Counted from the stretch's first letter, positions 46,190-55,414 are shown. The stretch: 64,000 nt of DNA from an uncultured virus (IMG/VR IMGVR_UViG_3300009551_000046) (IMGVR_UViG_3300009551_000046); one strand, 5' to 3'. A program made the numbers and translations. Notes: a model not told the origin generated them from the letters alone.

Positions 46190-47398
46190 ATGCGCAGATT
46201 TCTGATGGTTGTGGCGACGATCCTCGCCGCGGCCTGTTTTTCGGATGCCAGCGCTCGCGCGGTCATTCCGGTCAGTTCGACGACGACACTCCCGCTTGCT
46301 TGTGACGGCGACATCGCCGCATCCGGCGGCTACATGCAATTGACTCTGCCGACGGCACCGATCGTCGACAGATGCGACATCTTCCTGATGAACATTGACT
46401 CGACGTCGGGCAAGTTTCTGATCGGCTTCCCCTCGGACGTCAATCCGAAGCTCTATCCGAACACGGGCGTCGGCGTGACATCCGTTGGCGGTCAATGGGT
46501 CTCGAAGAGCAAGCCGGGGCGCTTCCGCATCCCAGGCGGGACCATGATCTATGTCTCGGATATGGGGAACGACAACAACGACGGCTTGTCGCCGGCGACG
46601 CCGCTCCGCCATAACTACAAGGCGGTGCTCGTCGTTCAGTCGGATCTCGATACGAATCAGACGACGCCGTTCATCGCATTGAAGGCGGGGTCCGTATTCG
46701 CGGATGATCCGATCAACCTCGGCGGCCAGCCGACCGGCGGCAACCTGATCGGATTGACGATCTATGGCGGTCCCGGGGTCGCGACGATCACGAACGGAGA
46801 TTACGGCGCGATCAACGTCGGGGACAACGCGGAGCTCGATTACGAACTCCCCGCGGGAACGGAGCTCCGCCTTCAGGGCAACTACAACGACCGCTTCGGG
46901 CAGGCATCAGGCATCTATCAGCACAACAACGGTCTGTGGGATGGCAACCTGTCGTCGACGTCGACGGGGGTGCTCACGATCATCGGGAACGGCCCCAATA
47001 CAGCGGCCTTCTTCTTCGATGGTCCAACGCCAGGTGCGGCAGCCGACAAGATTTTCCAAATCGGAGGACAGTTCGGCGACGTCTGGCATATGGACGAAGG
47101 CGGCGGCCGGTTCACCCTTTCGGCGAAGTTCCGTCCGATCACCTTCAACGGCCGACCCTGTTACATCACTCGCTATGTCGCCGTGCTCGGCAACGGACAA
47201 CTTCTGCTCGGGCCGCCCGATCAGTTCCCGAGCGGGAATCCTGCTGCTCCCAACTATGTGCCCGGGACCGTCTATGGAAATCCTGTCCAGCCGTCTATTG
47301 TCGCCGGCACCGCGCTCATTGTAAGCGGCGGCATCACCGTCGAGGGCGGACCGATTACGCAGCTGCAAAGCGGAAAGGTCTACTCGACTAAGCAATGA
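46190..47398 (+). CDS. Signal-peptide-bearing beta-helix-like protein
   Basis: MRRFLMVVATILAAACFSDASARA|V; IYVSDMGNDNNDGLSPATP. Confidence 0.65.
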   Translation: MRRFLMVVATILAAACFSDASARAVIPVSSTTTLPLACDGDIAASGGYMQLTLPTAPIVDRCDIFLMNIDSTSGKFLIGFPSDVNPKLYPNTGVGVTSVGGQWVSKSKPGRFRIPGGTMIYVSDMGNDNNDGLSPATPLRHNYKAVLVVQSDLDTNQTTPFIALKAGSVFADDPINLGGQPTGGNLIGLTIYGGPGVATITNGDYGAINVGDNAELDYELPAGTELRLQGNYNDRFGQASGIYQHNNGLWDGNLSSTSTGVLTIIGNGPNTAAFFFDGPTPGAAADKIFQIGGQFGDVWHMDEGGGRFTLSAKFRPITFNGRPCYITRYVAVLGNGQLLLGPPDQFPSGNPAAPNYVPGTVYGNPVQPSIVAGTALIVSGGITVEGGPITQLQSGKVYSTKQ

Positions 47399-47438
47399 TC
47401 TAAGGCTCTGACGAGCCCAACATCAGGAGATCCGAGCC

Positions 47439-48371
47439 ATGGTTGCTACGAAAAATCAAATCCTAGTCTCGGCTCTCCTGACTTCAAACGCGGAGCGGTG
47501 GCCGAGAGCTCAGATCACGAGATCAGGGTTCTCCGCTGTTGCTACGCGGCTTGTCGCGGCGAAGGCGCGCTACAAAGCCGTCGAGACGAAAACCGGCGTG
47601 CCCTGGCCGGTGATCGCGGTGATCCACGAGCGGGAAAGCACACAGAATTGGGCGAAGTCGCTTGCGCAGGGTGATCGGTGGGACCACGAGTCAACGCATG
47701 TTCCGGCCGGCCGCGGCCCATTTGCTTCATGGGAAGAGGCTGCGATCGACGCGCTCGTGAACTGCGGACCTTATGCCGCGCGCTGGAAGGATTGGTCTAT
47801 CGGCGGGATCCTGACGCTGCTCGAGCAGTACAACGGCCTCGGCTATGCCCGCATGGGGAAGCCGAGCCCGTACATTTGGGCCGGGACAAATCAGTATGTC
47901 CGCGGGAAATATGTTCACGACGGCGTCTACGATCCCGACGAGGAGGACAAGCAACTCGGATGCGCCGGCCTTCTGATGGCGATCGCGGCGCTCGATCCGA
48001 GTGTCTCGTTTGCCGCGCCGCTACCGACGTCGCCGGTTGCGCCGTCGCCGGTGCCGGCCAAGGATGCGGTCTGGTTGCAGAGCACGCTGAACAGGCTCGG
48101 CGCCGATCCGCAGCTGACTGTCGACGGCTTCCTCGGCCCGGCGACTCGCAATGCGGTGCGGGCGTTCCAACTCGCAAAGGGTCTTGCCGTAGACGGTATC
48201 GCCGGACCGCAGACCATTGATGCTCTTGACAAGTCCACAACTGCCGGGCTCAAGGTGGAGACGCCAAAAGTCCCGCCGGACATTGTCCTGCCGCCGCCGG
48301 GAACGAAGGCGCGAACCGATCTTGCCCCGACATTTTGGGGGCGGGTCTTGGATCTCTTCAGGGGGCACTGA
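47439..48371 (+). CDS. Endolysin (lysozyme-like, COG5526 type) with C-terminal peptidoglycan-binding domain
   Basis: GVPWPVIAVIHERES, LEQYNGLGY, PSPYIWAGT; LQ..LN.LG...VDG.LGP.T..AV.AFQ...L.VDGIAGP.T. Confidence 0.88.
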   Translation: MVATKNQILVSALLTSNAERWPRAQITRSGFSAVATRLVAAKARYKAVETKTGVPWPVIAVIHERESTQNWAKSLAQGDRWDHESTHVPAGRGPFASWEEAAIDALVNCGPYAARWKDWSIGGILTLLEQYNGLGYARMGKPSPYIWAGTNQYVRGKYVHDGVYDPDEEDKQLGCAGLLMAIAALDPSVSFAAPLPTSPVAPSPVPAKDAVWLQSTLNRLGADPQLTVDGFLGPATRNAVRAFQLAKGLAVDGIAGPQTIDALDKSTTAGLKVETPKVPPDIVLPPPGTKARTDLAPTFWGRVLDLFRGH

Positions 48372-48374
48372 CCG

Positions 48375-48635
48375 ATGACGAAGAACCTGACGGCACCCGT
48401 GATCATCACGATCATCGTCCTCGTCGGGTTCACGTCGTTGTCGATCATGGCGATGAAGCCGCAGGCGGCCGGCGTCGAGAAGGACGTCGTCCTGTACCTG
48501 CTCGGCGCCTGGCAGTCTCTCGCATCGGCCGCGGTCATGTATTGGGTCGGCTCGAGCGCCGGCTCGAAGGGCAAGGACGACGTCATCAGGGCAATGACGG
48601 GCGGCGCGCCTGCGGCTGACGAGGTGAAGCAATGA
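48375..48635 (+). CDS. Holin-like membrane protein
   Basis: Two TM helices, YWVGSSAGSK.KD. Confidence 0.65.
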   Translation: MTKNLTAPVIITIIVLVGFTSLSIMAMKPQAAGVEKDVVLYLLGAWQSLASAAVMYWVGSSAGSKGKDDVIRAMTGGAPAADEVKQ

Positions 48636-49150
48636 TCGCGCTCCTTACCGCCCTGCCGGCGATCCTCGGCGCCCTCACCGGCATGGTGCCGGCGCTTGTG
48701 CAGCTGTTCACGCTGAAGGCCAACAATGCGCAGCAACTCGCAATGGCTCAACTCCAGTTGCAGGCTCAGAAGGAAGGCGTCGCGCTACAGATTGATCTCG
48801 CGGCTGCTGAAGCTGATTCTCGACAGGCAGACCGTCTTTATGGTTTTGGTGCTGGCCCTACTGGCATCAAATTTGTCGACGCGTTGGCAGTATTTGTGCG
48901 CCCCTACATCACCCTCGTTTTCTTTCATATCTGGCTTCTGCTCGAAGCCGGCCTCTTCGTCTACGGGGTGAACAACGGCTACGATCTCGGCCAACTCGTG
49001 AAGTTGTTGTGGCCGCCGGAGACCGCCGCTATCTTCGGCGCGATCATGGGCTTTTGGTTCGGTGATCGGATGTTGCTTCGAGGTTCCGAACGAATGGCGG
49101 CGACGCTCGCTGTCGCGGCGCCTCTGAAGGCGGCGAAAGCAGGAGGTTGA
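48632..49150 (+). CDS. Holin-like (3TM family) protein
   Basis: VRPYIT...IMGFWFGDR. Confidence 0.65.
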   Translation: MIALLTALPAILGALTGMVPALVQLFTLKANNAQQLAMAQLQLQAQKEGVALQIDLAAAEADSRQADRLYGFGAGPTGIKFVDALAVFVRPYITLVFFHIWLLLEAGLFVYGVNNGYDLGQLVKLLWPPETAAIFGAIMGFWFGDRMLLRGSERMAATLAVAAPLKAAKAGG

Positions 49151-49152
49151 TA

Positions 49153-49320
49153 ATGGGCTTCTTTACCGGAACGATGCTTGGATTTGCCGCCGGCGGCGCC
49201 GTGATTTGGTTCTTCAAGGAGAAGATCCAAGGCCTTGTGATCGGAGCGAACGCTCTCTCCGCCAAGCTGCACGCGAAAGCAGATGCCGTCGCTGCTGCGG
49301 CGAAAACGCTGAAGGGCTGA
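49153..49320 (+). CDS. Small membrane protein (lysis module; not in ORF track)
   Basis: AGGAGG RBS; MGFFTGTMLGFAAGGAVIWFFKEK..., 55 aa. Confidence 0.6.
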   Translation: MGFFTGTMLGFAAGGAVIWFFKEKIQGLVIGANALSAKLHAKADAVAAAAKTLKG

Positions 49321-49406
49321 TCGGCGCCGGACCTCTCTGCCCTAGTTCTGCGTTGATACGGCGGAGGCAGGGCTTCGCCGTATTACACCGGAGGCAAGGA
49401 TGCGAA

Positions 49407-49652
49407 ATGGTGCCGGAAATGACTGCAGCCACGGCGGCGGGGATCGATTGGTTCGACTTTGTCAGAAACGGCGGGAACATAGCCTCCCCCCTCCTGCTTG
49501 CTGCCCTTATCTGGATGAACTCCGAGCGAAATCGACTGCTCTCCGAGCTCGAGAAAAGGGAAGAGAAACTCGAGAGTCTAGCCGAGCGGTGGCTTGTTGT
49601 GGTAACGGAACTCCGGACGTTCCTGTTCAGCGAACGAAGGGGTTCGCAATGA
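49407..49652 (+). CDS. Small TM plus coiled-coil protein
   Basis: PLLLAALIWM then ERNRLLSELEKREEKLE. Confidence 0.55.
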   Translation: MVPEMTAATAAGIDWFDFVRNGGNIASPLLLAALIWMNSERNRLLSELEKREEKLESLAERWLVVVTELRTFLFSERRGSQ

Positions 49653-49828
49653 ATGCGCTCGAAAGTCTGGCATCCTACCTGCTGCCGAAGCGGCAGCGTG
49701 TCCGCGGGCATTCGAGCGTAGAGCGAGCTCTAGACGCGACCGACGACTTGATCGCGAAACTCCGGGATTCGTTCCACATTGAGCGGGATCGGCAGAAGGC
49801 AGCGATCGAGGCTCGACATCGTCTTTAG
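49649..49828 (+). CDS. Hypothetical protein
   Basis: ATGA overlap. Confidence 0.45.
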   Translation: MNALESLASYLLPKRQRVRGHSSVERALDATDDLIAKLRDSFHIERDRQKAAIEARHRL

Positions 49829-49869
49829 GGGCTGCTACAGGTTGCGCGTGCGGTGGCGTCTCGGCGTTA

Positions 49870-49940
49870 CCGCTGCCCTCCTTGGGCGTTTCCTCCCTAT
49901 GACTAAGGCCGCCCCGGCAACGGACGCGGCCTTTTCTTTT
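49870..49940 (+). ncRNA. suhB/MmgR (alpha-r8)-like sRNA including its terminator
   Basis: CCCTCCTTGGGCGTTTCCTCCCTATGACT followed by AAGGCCGC...GCGGCCTT-TTCTTTT, matching the suhB-family pattern as I recall it. Confidence 0.7.
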
Positions 49941-49942
49941 GG

Positions 49943-50242
49943 TCAGAGGATCATCTCCTCGCAGATGTACACAACCGCGCTCCAAGGCCGCCGGAAGCCC
50001 GGCCGGCTGCAGATCTCGCAGCGGACATAGACCGCGGTACAGGCGCGGCGACCGCCCGTCTTGGTCGGGAAGTCGATGTAGACGTCCCTCCTGCCGGTCT
50101 CTTTCCACTCGTGCCGATGTTCCACGTGAAACATCCCTATCGGACGCAATTTCCCATGACGTCGAGGCGGTCCCCAATGGTCACGCATGGCGGCCCGTCC
50201 TGCGGCGGCCGCGTCGAATAGCCGTAGAGCGCCCCGAGGCAT
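49943..50242 (-). CDS. Hypothetical protein (start uncertain)
   Basis: HEW...RCEICSRPG; last gene of the leftward operon. Confidence 0.4.
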   Translation of the reverse strand: MPRGALRLFDAAAAGRAAMRDHWGPPRRHGKLRPIGMFHVEHRHEWKETGRRDVYIDFPTKTGGRRACTAVYVRCEICSRPGFRRPWSAVVYICEEMIL

Positions 50243-50329
50243 AGGGCGACGACGGCGGTAGCGGCTGCGATCCAGTCTCTTGCGGTCATCATAGATTTGG
50301 TCCTTCCATCGCTTCAGGGGTTGGCGGCA

Positions 50330-50869
50330 TCACCCGGCGCAGTTCGGGATCTCGCGGTTTGGAAACCATGGGGCGACCCATGGCGTAATCGGGACATCGT
50401 ACCCGGTCATCTGCGGATGCTTCGGGTGCCCGTCGTCGTTGACACCGATCGTGTAGAGCAGCCGGCCGACGTCGTCGGCAATCCGGACGACGTCCTTCCA
50501 TCTGCCGCGCAGCGCCTCGGGAAGCTTTGCTAGAGCACCCCAACCAGCGACAACGCGGTCGGCCTGCAGCATCATCGCGCGCAGATGTGCGTCGTTCTCC
50601 GGACCGATGGGATCGCGCGCAGAGCGGAGCCCGGAGACCTCTTTCGAGCGGAAGGCAAACTTGTTGCCGACGAGGATTCGGCCGTAGCCGGCGCGCTCGG
50701 CGAACCCGACGCACTTCTTGATCGTCTGGTCGTCGGTCTCGGCGTCGGCCGTCGAGGCGTTCACCATGACGAACATCAGGGTCGCGTCGCGCGCCGAGGA
50801 GGGGCCGAAGACGCGCTCTAGCCGGTAGCGGTACAGCCCGCAAGGGGAGATGACGGCGGAGCGCTTCAT
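50330..50869 (-). CDS. DUF1643 protein
   Basis: SPCGLYRYRL.R...VMVNASTADAETDDQTIKKC...N.FAFRS...P.GPEND.HL...WG...G.PKHP. Confidence 0.88.
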   Translation of the reverse strand: MKRSAVISPCGLYRYRLERVFGPSSARDATLMFVMVNASTADAETDDQTIKKCVGFAERAGYGRILVGNKFAFRSKEVSGLRSARDPIGPENDAHLRAMMLQADRVVAGWGALAKLPEALRGRWKDVVRIADDVGRLLYTIGVNDDGHPKHPQMTGYDVPITPWVAPWFPNREIPNCAG

Positions 50870-51705
50870 GTCGGGAATTGGCGGACGATCGGGCGCCCGT
50901 CCGGGAAGGGCTTCTTGCCGGCGTTCTGCTTCAGGAAGTAGGCGACACCGGCAAGCTCACAGTCTAGCCGGACGTTCGACTCCCACTCCGGAAGCATTTC
51001 CCGATAGCCGTGACCGCTCTCCCCGCCGCAGATCAGCCAGTGCAAGCCTTCGACAAAACGATACCCGTCCGGGTCGGCGTAGAGGCGCAACGGTCCTAGC
51101 GCCGGCTCATAGGAGCAGAAGCGGACGGCCGCGGGAATGTCACGGATGATCGGCCATCGGCGATCGAAATGCTCCTGATCCTCGGCGGTGAAGCCGAGCC
51201 AGACGTTCGTCCAAGGCCATTGTCGAGCGAGCCCGGCAACGCTGACCGCCTTCGTGAGCATCTTCTCGATATTCTCCGGGCGCTTCGTGAGCAGGAGCCA
51301 ATCGAGCTCCTGAGTCCGCGAAATCATCTCGAAAAGATCATACCGCCATTCCGCCGGGACTTGATTGTCGAACACGTCGGCGAGCGAGGCGCAGAAGACG
51401 CGCGGGCGCCCGGGCTCCGGAGCACGTTCAGACGGGTGTAGCCGCTCCTCAACCGAGCGGCGCGCCTCCCATGCCTGCCGCTCCGCGCGTGCCCTCCGCG
51501 CCCATTGCAGCGGCTTCTTCCAGTTCGCCTCCGACGTCCGCCGGTAGTCGCCGGCCTGGCCGGGCTCGCCCCATTGCTTAACCCATCCGCGAAACTTGTT
51601 CTGCGCGGCGGCATAGCAGTTATCGCAGCCGGGGCTGATCTTCGTGCATCCGATCCATGGGTTGAACGTGAAGTCGCACCATTCAATTGCGGTCTTATCG
51701 CCCAT
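50866..51705 (-). CDS. Phage Gp37/Gp68 (DUF5131, radical-SAM-like) protein
   Basis: IEWCD.TFNPWIGCTKISPGCDNCYA, VFCASLADVF, LLLTKRP, WLICGGESG. Confidence 0.9.
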   Translation of the reverse strand: MGDKTAIEWCDFTFNPWIGCTKISPGCDNCYAAAQNKFRGWVKQWGEPGQAGDYRRTSEANWKKPLQWARRARAERQAWEARRSVEERLHPSERAPEPGRPRVFCASLADVFDNQVPAEWRYDLFEMISRTQELDWLLLTKRPENIEKMLTKAVSVAGLARQWPWTNVWLGFTAEDQEHFDRRWPIIRDIPAAVRFCSYEPALGPLRLYADPDGYRFVEGLHWLICGGESGHGYREMLPEWESNVRLDCELAGVAYFLKQNAGKKPFPDGRPIVRQFPT

Positions 51706-51755
51706 CAGCGAATCTCCCCTGCAGGCTTTGTTGAGTCCTTCGAGCGCGCTCGCGT

Positions 51756-52295
51756 TCAGTCGCCCCGCTTTGGGCGCGACAGCGCCGGGATCATGCTGCG
51801 GAATTTGGTGCGCCACCAATACGGGCGCGAGTGCTTGCGGGATTCCTCCTCGCAATCTCCGAACCACTTTCCATCCGCATCAGGCGCAGCGCCGAATAGC
51901 CATTCAAGAGCGACGCGAGGAACAGCGACGGTGTCCGCCTGTGATTGCTCAGTGCGCGAAAATGCACGGGAGATCAGCTTATCTGCCGTTTTGGTAGATG
52001 GGACGGCGGTGCTCTCTGTGGCATGTTGCCAAACAACATCGACAAGCCGTCGCAGATCACGCAGCTGATCTAGTTGCTCGACCGCCGAAGGAAGCGGCTT
52101 GGCGACCCCAAGTCTTGAAATCGGATCGTCCTCTGGCGCTGTCTGCGGTTCAGTGCCGGCCGACATGATGCGGATAAAGGATTGTGCCACCTCGCCGGCC
52201 GGATAGGCTGCTCGCGTATCGGCCGACCACTTCTCGACTTCATCCTCAATCGCTTCGCGCAACACCGCCGCACTATCGGCAGACTTCTTGCTCAT
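51756..52295 (-). CDS. Hypothetical protein
   Basis: ATGA overlap with upstream gene; GGAG RBS. Confidence 0.55.
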   Translation of the reverse strand: MSKKSADSAAVLREAIEDEVEKWSADTRAAYPAGEVAQSFIRIMSAGTEPQTAPEDDPISRLGVAKPLPSAVEQLDQLRDLRRLVDVVWQHATESTAVPSTKTADKLISRAFSRTEQSQADTVAVPRVALEWLFGAAPDADGKWFGDCEEESRKHSRPYWWRTKFRSMIPALSRPKRGD

Positions 52296-52744
52296 GTCAT
52301 AGACTCCCATTTGATCAGAAGGCCGTTGAACTCGCCGAGGCCGTGCTCCTGTTTCCAAAATTCGTGCATGTCCTCGGCGTGCTCAAAACCGTCGAGTTGG
52401 GCAAGCTCTCGCATGCCTCCCGGATATTCGGCACTGCCGACTCCGACATGCTTGCCATCGACCTCCGTCGGCATGGAATGCTCTTTGACGACGATGCGGA
52501 TCGGAAGGACGGCGGTGCAGCGCCCCTCCCCGATCTTCTCGCATTGCTTCGTCCGCATGCCGTAATAGAGTTGCACCGCCTCGCCCGGGCGCGCGTGCCG
52601 GCGCCTGCCGATCGCGCGGATCGTCTGCCGCTTCGGTAGAGATGAGACGGCTAGATCACCGTCAATATCATCGATCGAATAGGGCAACCCAAGCCCAAGA
52701 CGTATCGGCACGATGAAGCGCTTCTTGAAACTGTAGGCGGGCAT
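52292..52744 (-). CDS. ASCH/PUA-like protein
   Basis: F...I...KRQTIR...RPGE.VQLYYGMRTKQC...AQLDGF...M.EFW. Confidence 0.75.
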   Translation of the reverse strand: MPAYSFKKRFIVPIRLGLGLPYSIDDIDGDLAVSSLPKRQTIRAIGRRRHARPGEAVQLYYGMRTKQCEKIGEGRCTAVLPIRIVVKEHSMPTEVDGKHVGVGSAEYPGGMRELAQLDGFEHAEDMHEFWKQEHGLGEFNGLLIKWESMT

Positions 52745-52956
52745 CAGCGCTTCTCACACTTTCGGCCGATGAACAGATCGGTGAACTTCGTCGAGCCGAG
52801 CTCCGGCAAACCATGTGCGATCATGTCTGCGCGGAAGAGCTCGACGGAGGTCGCGAGAACCCGCTGGCATGCCTCGTAGGTCGGCTCCGGCTTGCCTTCG
52901 ATCGGCCTGCCGCTGCAAAGCGCCTCGTATGTACAGATCAGAATCGGAATCCACAT
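52744..52956 (-). CDS. Hypothetical protein
   Basis: GGAGG RBS; MWIPILIC. Confidence 0.55.
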   Translation of the reverse strand: MWIPILICTYEALCSGRPIEGKPEPTYEACQRVLATSVELFRADMIAHGLPELGSTKFTDLFIGRKCEKR

Positions 52957-52958
52957 GG

Positions 52959-53606
52959 TTACCTCCATTCTTTCTTGATCATCTTGTCGTTGAACAGCTT
53001 CACCCAATCCGACATCCAATCAGTGTCGGGCGAAAGGGTGCCGTCGCAGATCATGTCGATGCAGCTACGGATCCTCGCGAGCGCGAGCTCGTCGCTGATT
53101 TCGATGAACTGCGCGGCAAAGTTCACCGGAGACATCCAGTGCCCCTCCGGGATGCCGTTCTCGATCATGCGGTTGCGATCCTTATTCGGATCAAGCGCGT
53201 AGACGTGCATCTCATGCGTCGCGCCGTCGACGTGAAACTTTGTCGGGCGGCTGTCGGGCATCGGGCGGAGATGAATCAGAATGATCGAATACGAATGCCA
53301 GATCGGATGCGCCCAAGGCGCTTCAACAACCCAATGCGCGAGACCGGCGTCATCTTCAGGGCGAACACCCATCAGCCTACGGCCGGCATCAAAATCGGCA
53401 AGCCAGGCGCGCCCCTTTAGCCCCGAGACGTCCGGCTGCTTTGTGACGACGTCCTTGATCTCAGACTGCGCATCGGGGCCGCCAATCGCGCGGGCGTTGC
53501 CGGCGCCGGTGCCGAGGACGGTCATCGTCCCGCCGTCCAAGATCAGGTTCACCTTGTCTTTGTCGCGCATCACTTTCTCCTCTTCGGGAATGACCGCTTC
53601 GGCCAT
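52959..53606 (-). CDS. Hypothetical protein
   Basis: W.VEAPWAHP.WHSY...HLRP...GATHE...ALDP...LSPDTD. Confidence 0.7.
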   Translation of the reverse strand: MAEAVIPEEEKVMRDKDKVNLILDGGTMTVLGTGAGNARAIGGPDAQSEIKDVVTKQPDVSGLKGRAWLADFDAGRRLMGVRPEDDAGLAHWVVEAPWAHPIWHSYSIILIHLRPMPDSRPTKFHVDGATHEMHVYALDPNKDRNRMIENGIPEGHWMSPVNFAAQFIEISDELALARIRSCIDMICDGTLSPDTDWMSDWVKLFNDKMIKKEWR

Positions 53607-54100
53607 CTTGTTTCGCCGGCCTTCATCTTCTTCTTCGACTTGGCGAAGCCGACAGATCGCCATTTCGAGGGATTCTTTTTCAGATCCTTTGCAGCGGCTG
53701 CTTTCTTCTGCCGGCGGCGTTCCCGCTTGATCAGCGTGATGTCGGAGAACTGTCCGTGATCGCCGCGGATGCGCGTCTTGACGTCGTGAGAGCCGTCGTG
53801 CTCGGCGCCGTGCGGCCGATAGGCGAGATATTCGGGATCGTTGGCTGCAGGCGTGTAGACGGTGCTCTTTCCCTCGCCGGTGCGCTCGCGCAGCGCAAGC
53901 GCGGGATCATGGTCAAGGCGGAGATCCTCCGGCAGACACATCAGGGCGTCGGCAAGCTGCCGCATTAGGAGCGCGTGTAGCCTGCCGAGACCGCGCGGTC
54001 TCGCCGTGATCACTGCATTCGGAAACATCTCTCCGAGTTGCCGGAGCAGAACCCGGCACTTCACCTCGAGCGGGATCGGCGGGCGGAAAAGTCGTGCCAT
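53570..54100 (-). CDS. HNH-like endonuclease
   Basis: LDHDPALALR...ANDP.YL...HDVKT. Confidence 0.55.
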   Translation of the reverse strand: MARLFRPPIPLEVKCRVLLRQLGEMFPNAVITARPRGLGRLHALLMRQLADALMCLPEDLRLDHDPALALRERTGEGKSTVYTPAANDPEYLAYRPHGAEHDGSHDVKTRIRGDHGQFSDITLIKRERRRQKKAAAAKDLKKNPSKWRSVGFAKSKKKMKAGETRWPKRSFPKRRK

Positions 54101-54858
54101 CAGAAGAGCTCCAGCTGCCCCAACGGGCCGGCCGCGACGGGTTTCGGCGCCGCTGCAAACGACTTCGGATAGAGCGCGGCCGCCGGCGTCGGCGTCGCCG
54201 AATGCTGCGCAAGGGTCAGTGTGTTGCCGTGCACGAAGATCCCCGAACTATCGGTCAGCGCGGCCTGCAGATAGGCGCCATGCAGCGCGCGCGCATCGAC
54301 ATCGACGGCCAGCCAATGCACCTCGCGCGCGATGTCGAACCCGCGCTCACGGAGCACGAGGTTCGTTGCGAGGATCATCGCGCCGACGCCGCAGGACGGC
54401 TCCTGAATCGTGATATAGCGCTTGCCGTCGCGCAGCGCCTCGTCGCGGGTATGCGGGATCGCGAGCATCGCCATGACGCGGCAAAGGTCGAACGGGGTGA
54501 AGCATTGCCCCATGCCGGCATCGGCCGCGACTTCGTTGAACACCGGGCCGATGAAGTCGACGGGCTCGGAGCCGAGCGCGAGCGCAGTCGCGCCGAGCAT
54601 GACGGCAAGATCGTGCATCGTTTCCTGCGGCTTCCGGCAGGCCTTCACGATCCGCATATATTCGGCTTCGTTGTCGTCGAAGGCTTTGCCGGCGAGCAGC
54701 TTGCCGCGCACGGAGCGAAAGCCGGCCTCGAGGAAATGGCGCACGACTTCGCCGGCGCGCCATCCCTCGCGGTGCCCGATGTCGCGGAACGCCTCATAGA
54801 AATGGTCGAACGGCTTCCGGTGCGCGTCGGTCGTCAGGCGGACGTCACGCTTTTTCAT
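54100..54858 (-). CDS. N6-adenine MTase-like protein lacking motif IV
   Basis: GQCFTP..LC..MA, EPSCGVGAM, VDVD...AYLQ, VHGNTL; no NPP(Y/F); C-terminal QLELF. Confidence 0.7.
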   Translation of the reverse strand: MKKRDVRLTTDAHRKPFDHFYEAFRDIGHREGWRAGEVVRHFLEAGFRSVRGKLLAGKAFDDNEAEYMRIVKACRKPQETMHDLAVMLGATALALGSEPVDFIGPVFNEVAADAGMGQCFTPFDLCRVMAMLAIPHTRDEALRDGKRYITIQEPSCGVGAMILATNLVLRERGFDIAREVHWLAVDVDARALHGAYLQAALTDSSGIFVHGNTLTLAQHSATPTPAAALYPKSFAAAPKPVAAGPLGQLELF

Positions 54859-54861
54859 CGG

Positions 54862-55047
54862 CTAGACCCGCCCGTTGATGACTGCGTTATGCGCTCCGCC
54901 GTCCCTGTAACGCTCGGCTGCCGATCGGCAGCGTGCAGCGTATGCAAGCAGCATCTCGCGGCGCGGACTGTCCGCATCCTTAGCTTCTCGCTCCGACGTC
55001 TCGGCGTCGGAGATCAAGTCGGCAAGCGCGGCTTCATCAAGGGTCAT
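54862..55047 (-). CDS. Hypothetical protein
   Basis: AAGGA RBS, ATGA overlap. Confidence 0.55.
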   Translation of the reverse strand: MTLDEAALADLISDAETSEREAKDADSPRREMLLAYAARCRSAAERYRDGGAHNAVINGRV

Positions 55048-55196
55048 TTCGCAGTGTCCTTGGCGGATCGAAGGATGCGGAGCACCTCTTCGCGGGCTTC
55101 GTCATTGGTCGGCTCGCGGCCGAGGCGGGCGGCGAGTCGGTTCCAGATCGTATCCGGATTGTCGTTGCGCCAAGTGATCCGGACTTCGAGCGGCAT
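55044..55196 (-). CDS. Small hypothetical protein (not in ORF track)
   Basis: MPLEVRITWRNDNPDTIWNRLAARLGREPTNDEAREEVLRILRSAKDTAK*, 50 aa. Confidence 0.55.
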   Translation of the reverse strand: MPLEVRITWRNDNPDTIWNRLAARLGREPTNDEAREEVLRILRSAKDTAK

Positions 55197-55201
55197 AGGA
55201 A

Positions 55202-55414
55202 TTATGCCTTCTGCTCGGCGCTCGCGCGGATGACGAGGTCGCAGGCGTGCTGCGCAGCCTCGGCGGTCTTGAACAGGCGCCGGCGCCGCCCATTGGGCGT
55301 GTGCAGAAACTTGCCGTTGACCATGGCGCCGTAGCTGAAGCGGCCATGACCGAAATCGACCGGGCCGGTGTGATCCGGGTTGTTGAAGGCTTGACGCGCG
55401 GTGATCGTTTCCAT
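55202..55414 (-). CDS. Hypothetical protein
   Basis: AGAGGA RBS. Confidence 0.6.
   Translation of the reverse strand: METITARQAFNNPDHTGPVDFGHGRFSYGAMVNGKFLHTPNGRRRRLFKTAEAAQHACDLVIRASAEQKA

Noticed and set aside
43580..47398. Diversity-generating retroelement or invertible fibre cassette
   Set aside because: No reverse transcriptase, invertase or near-identical template/variable repeat seen
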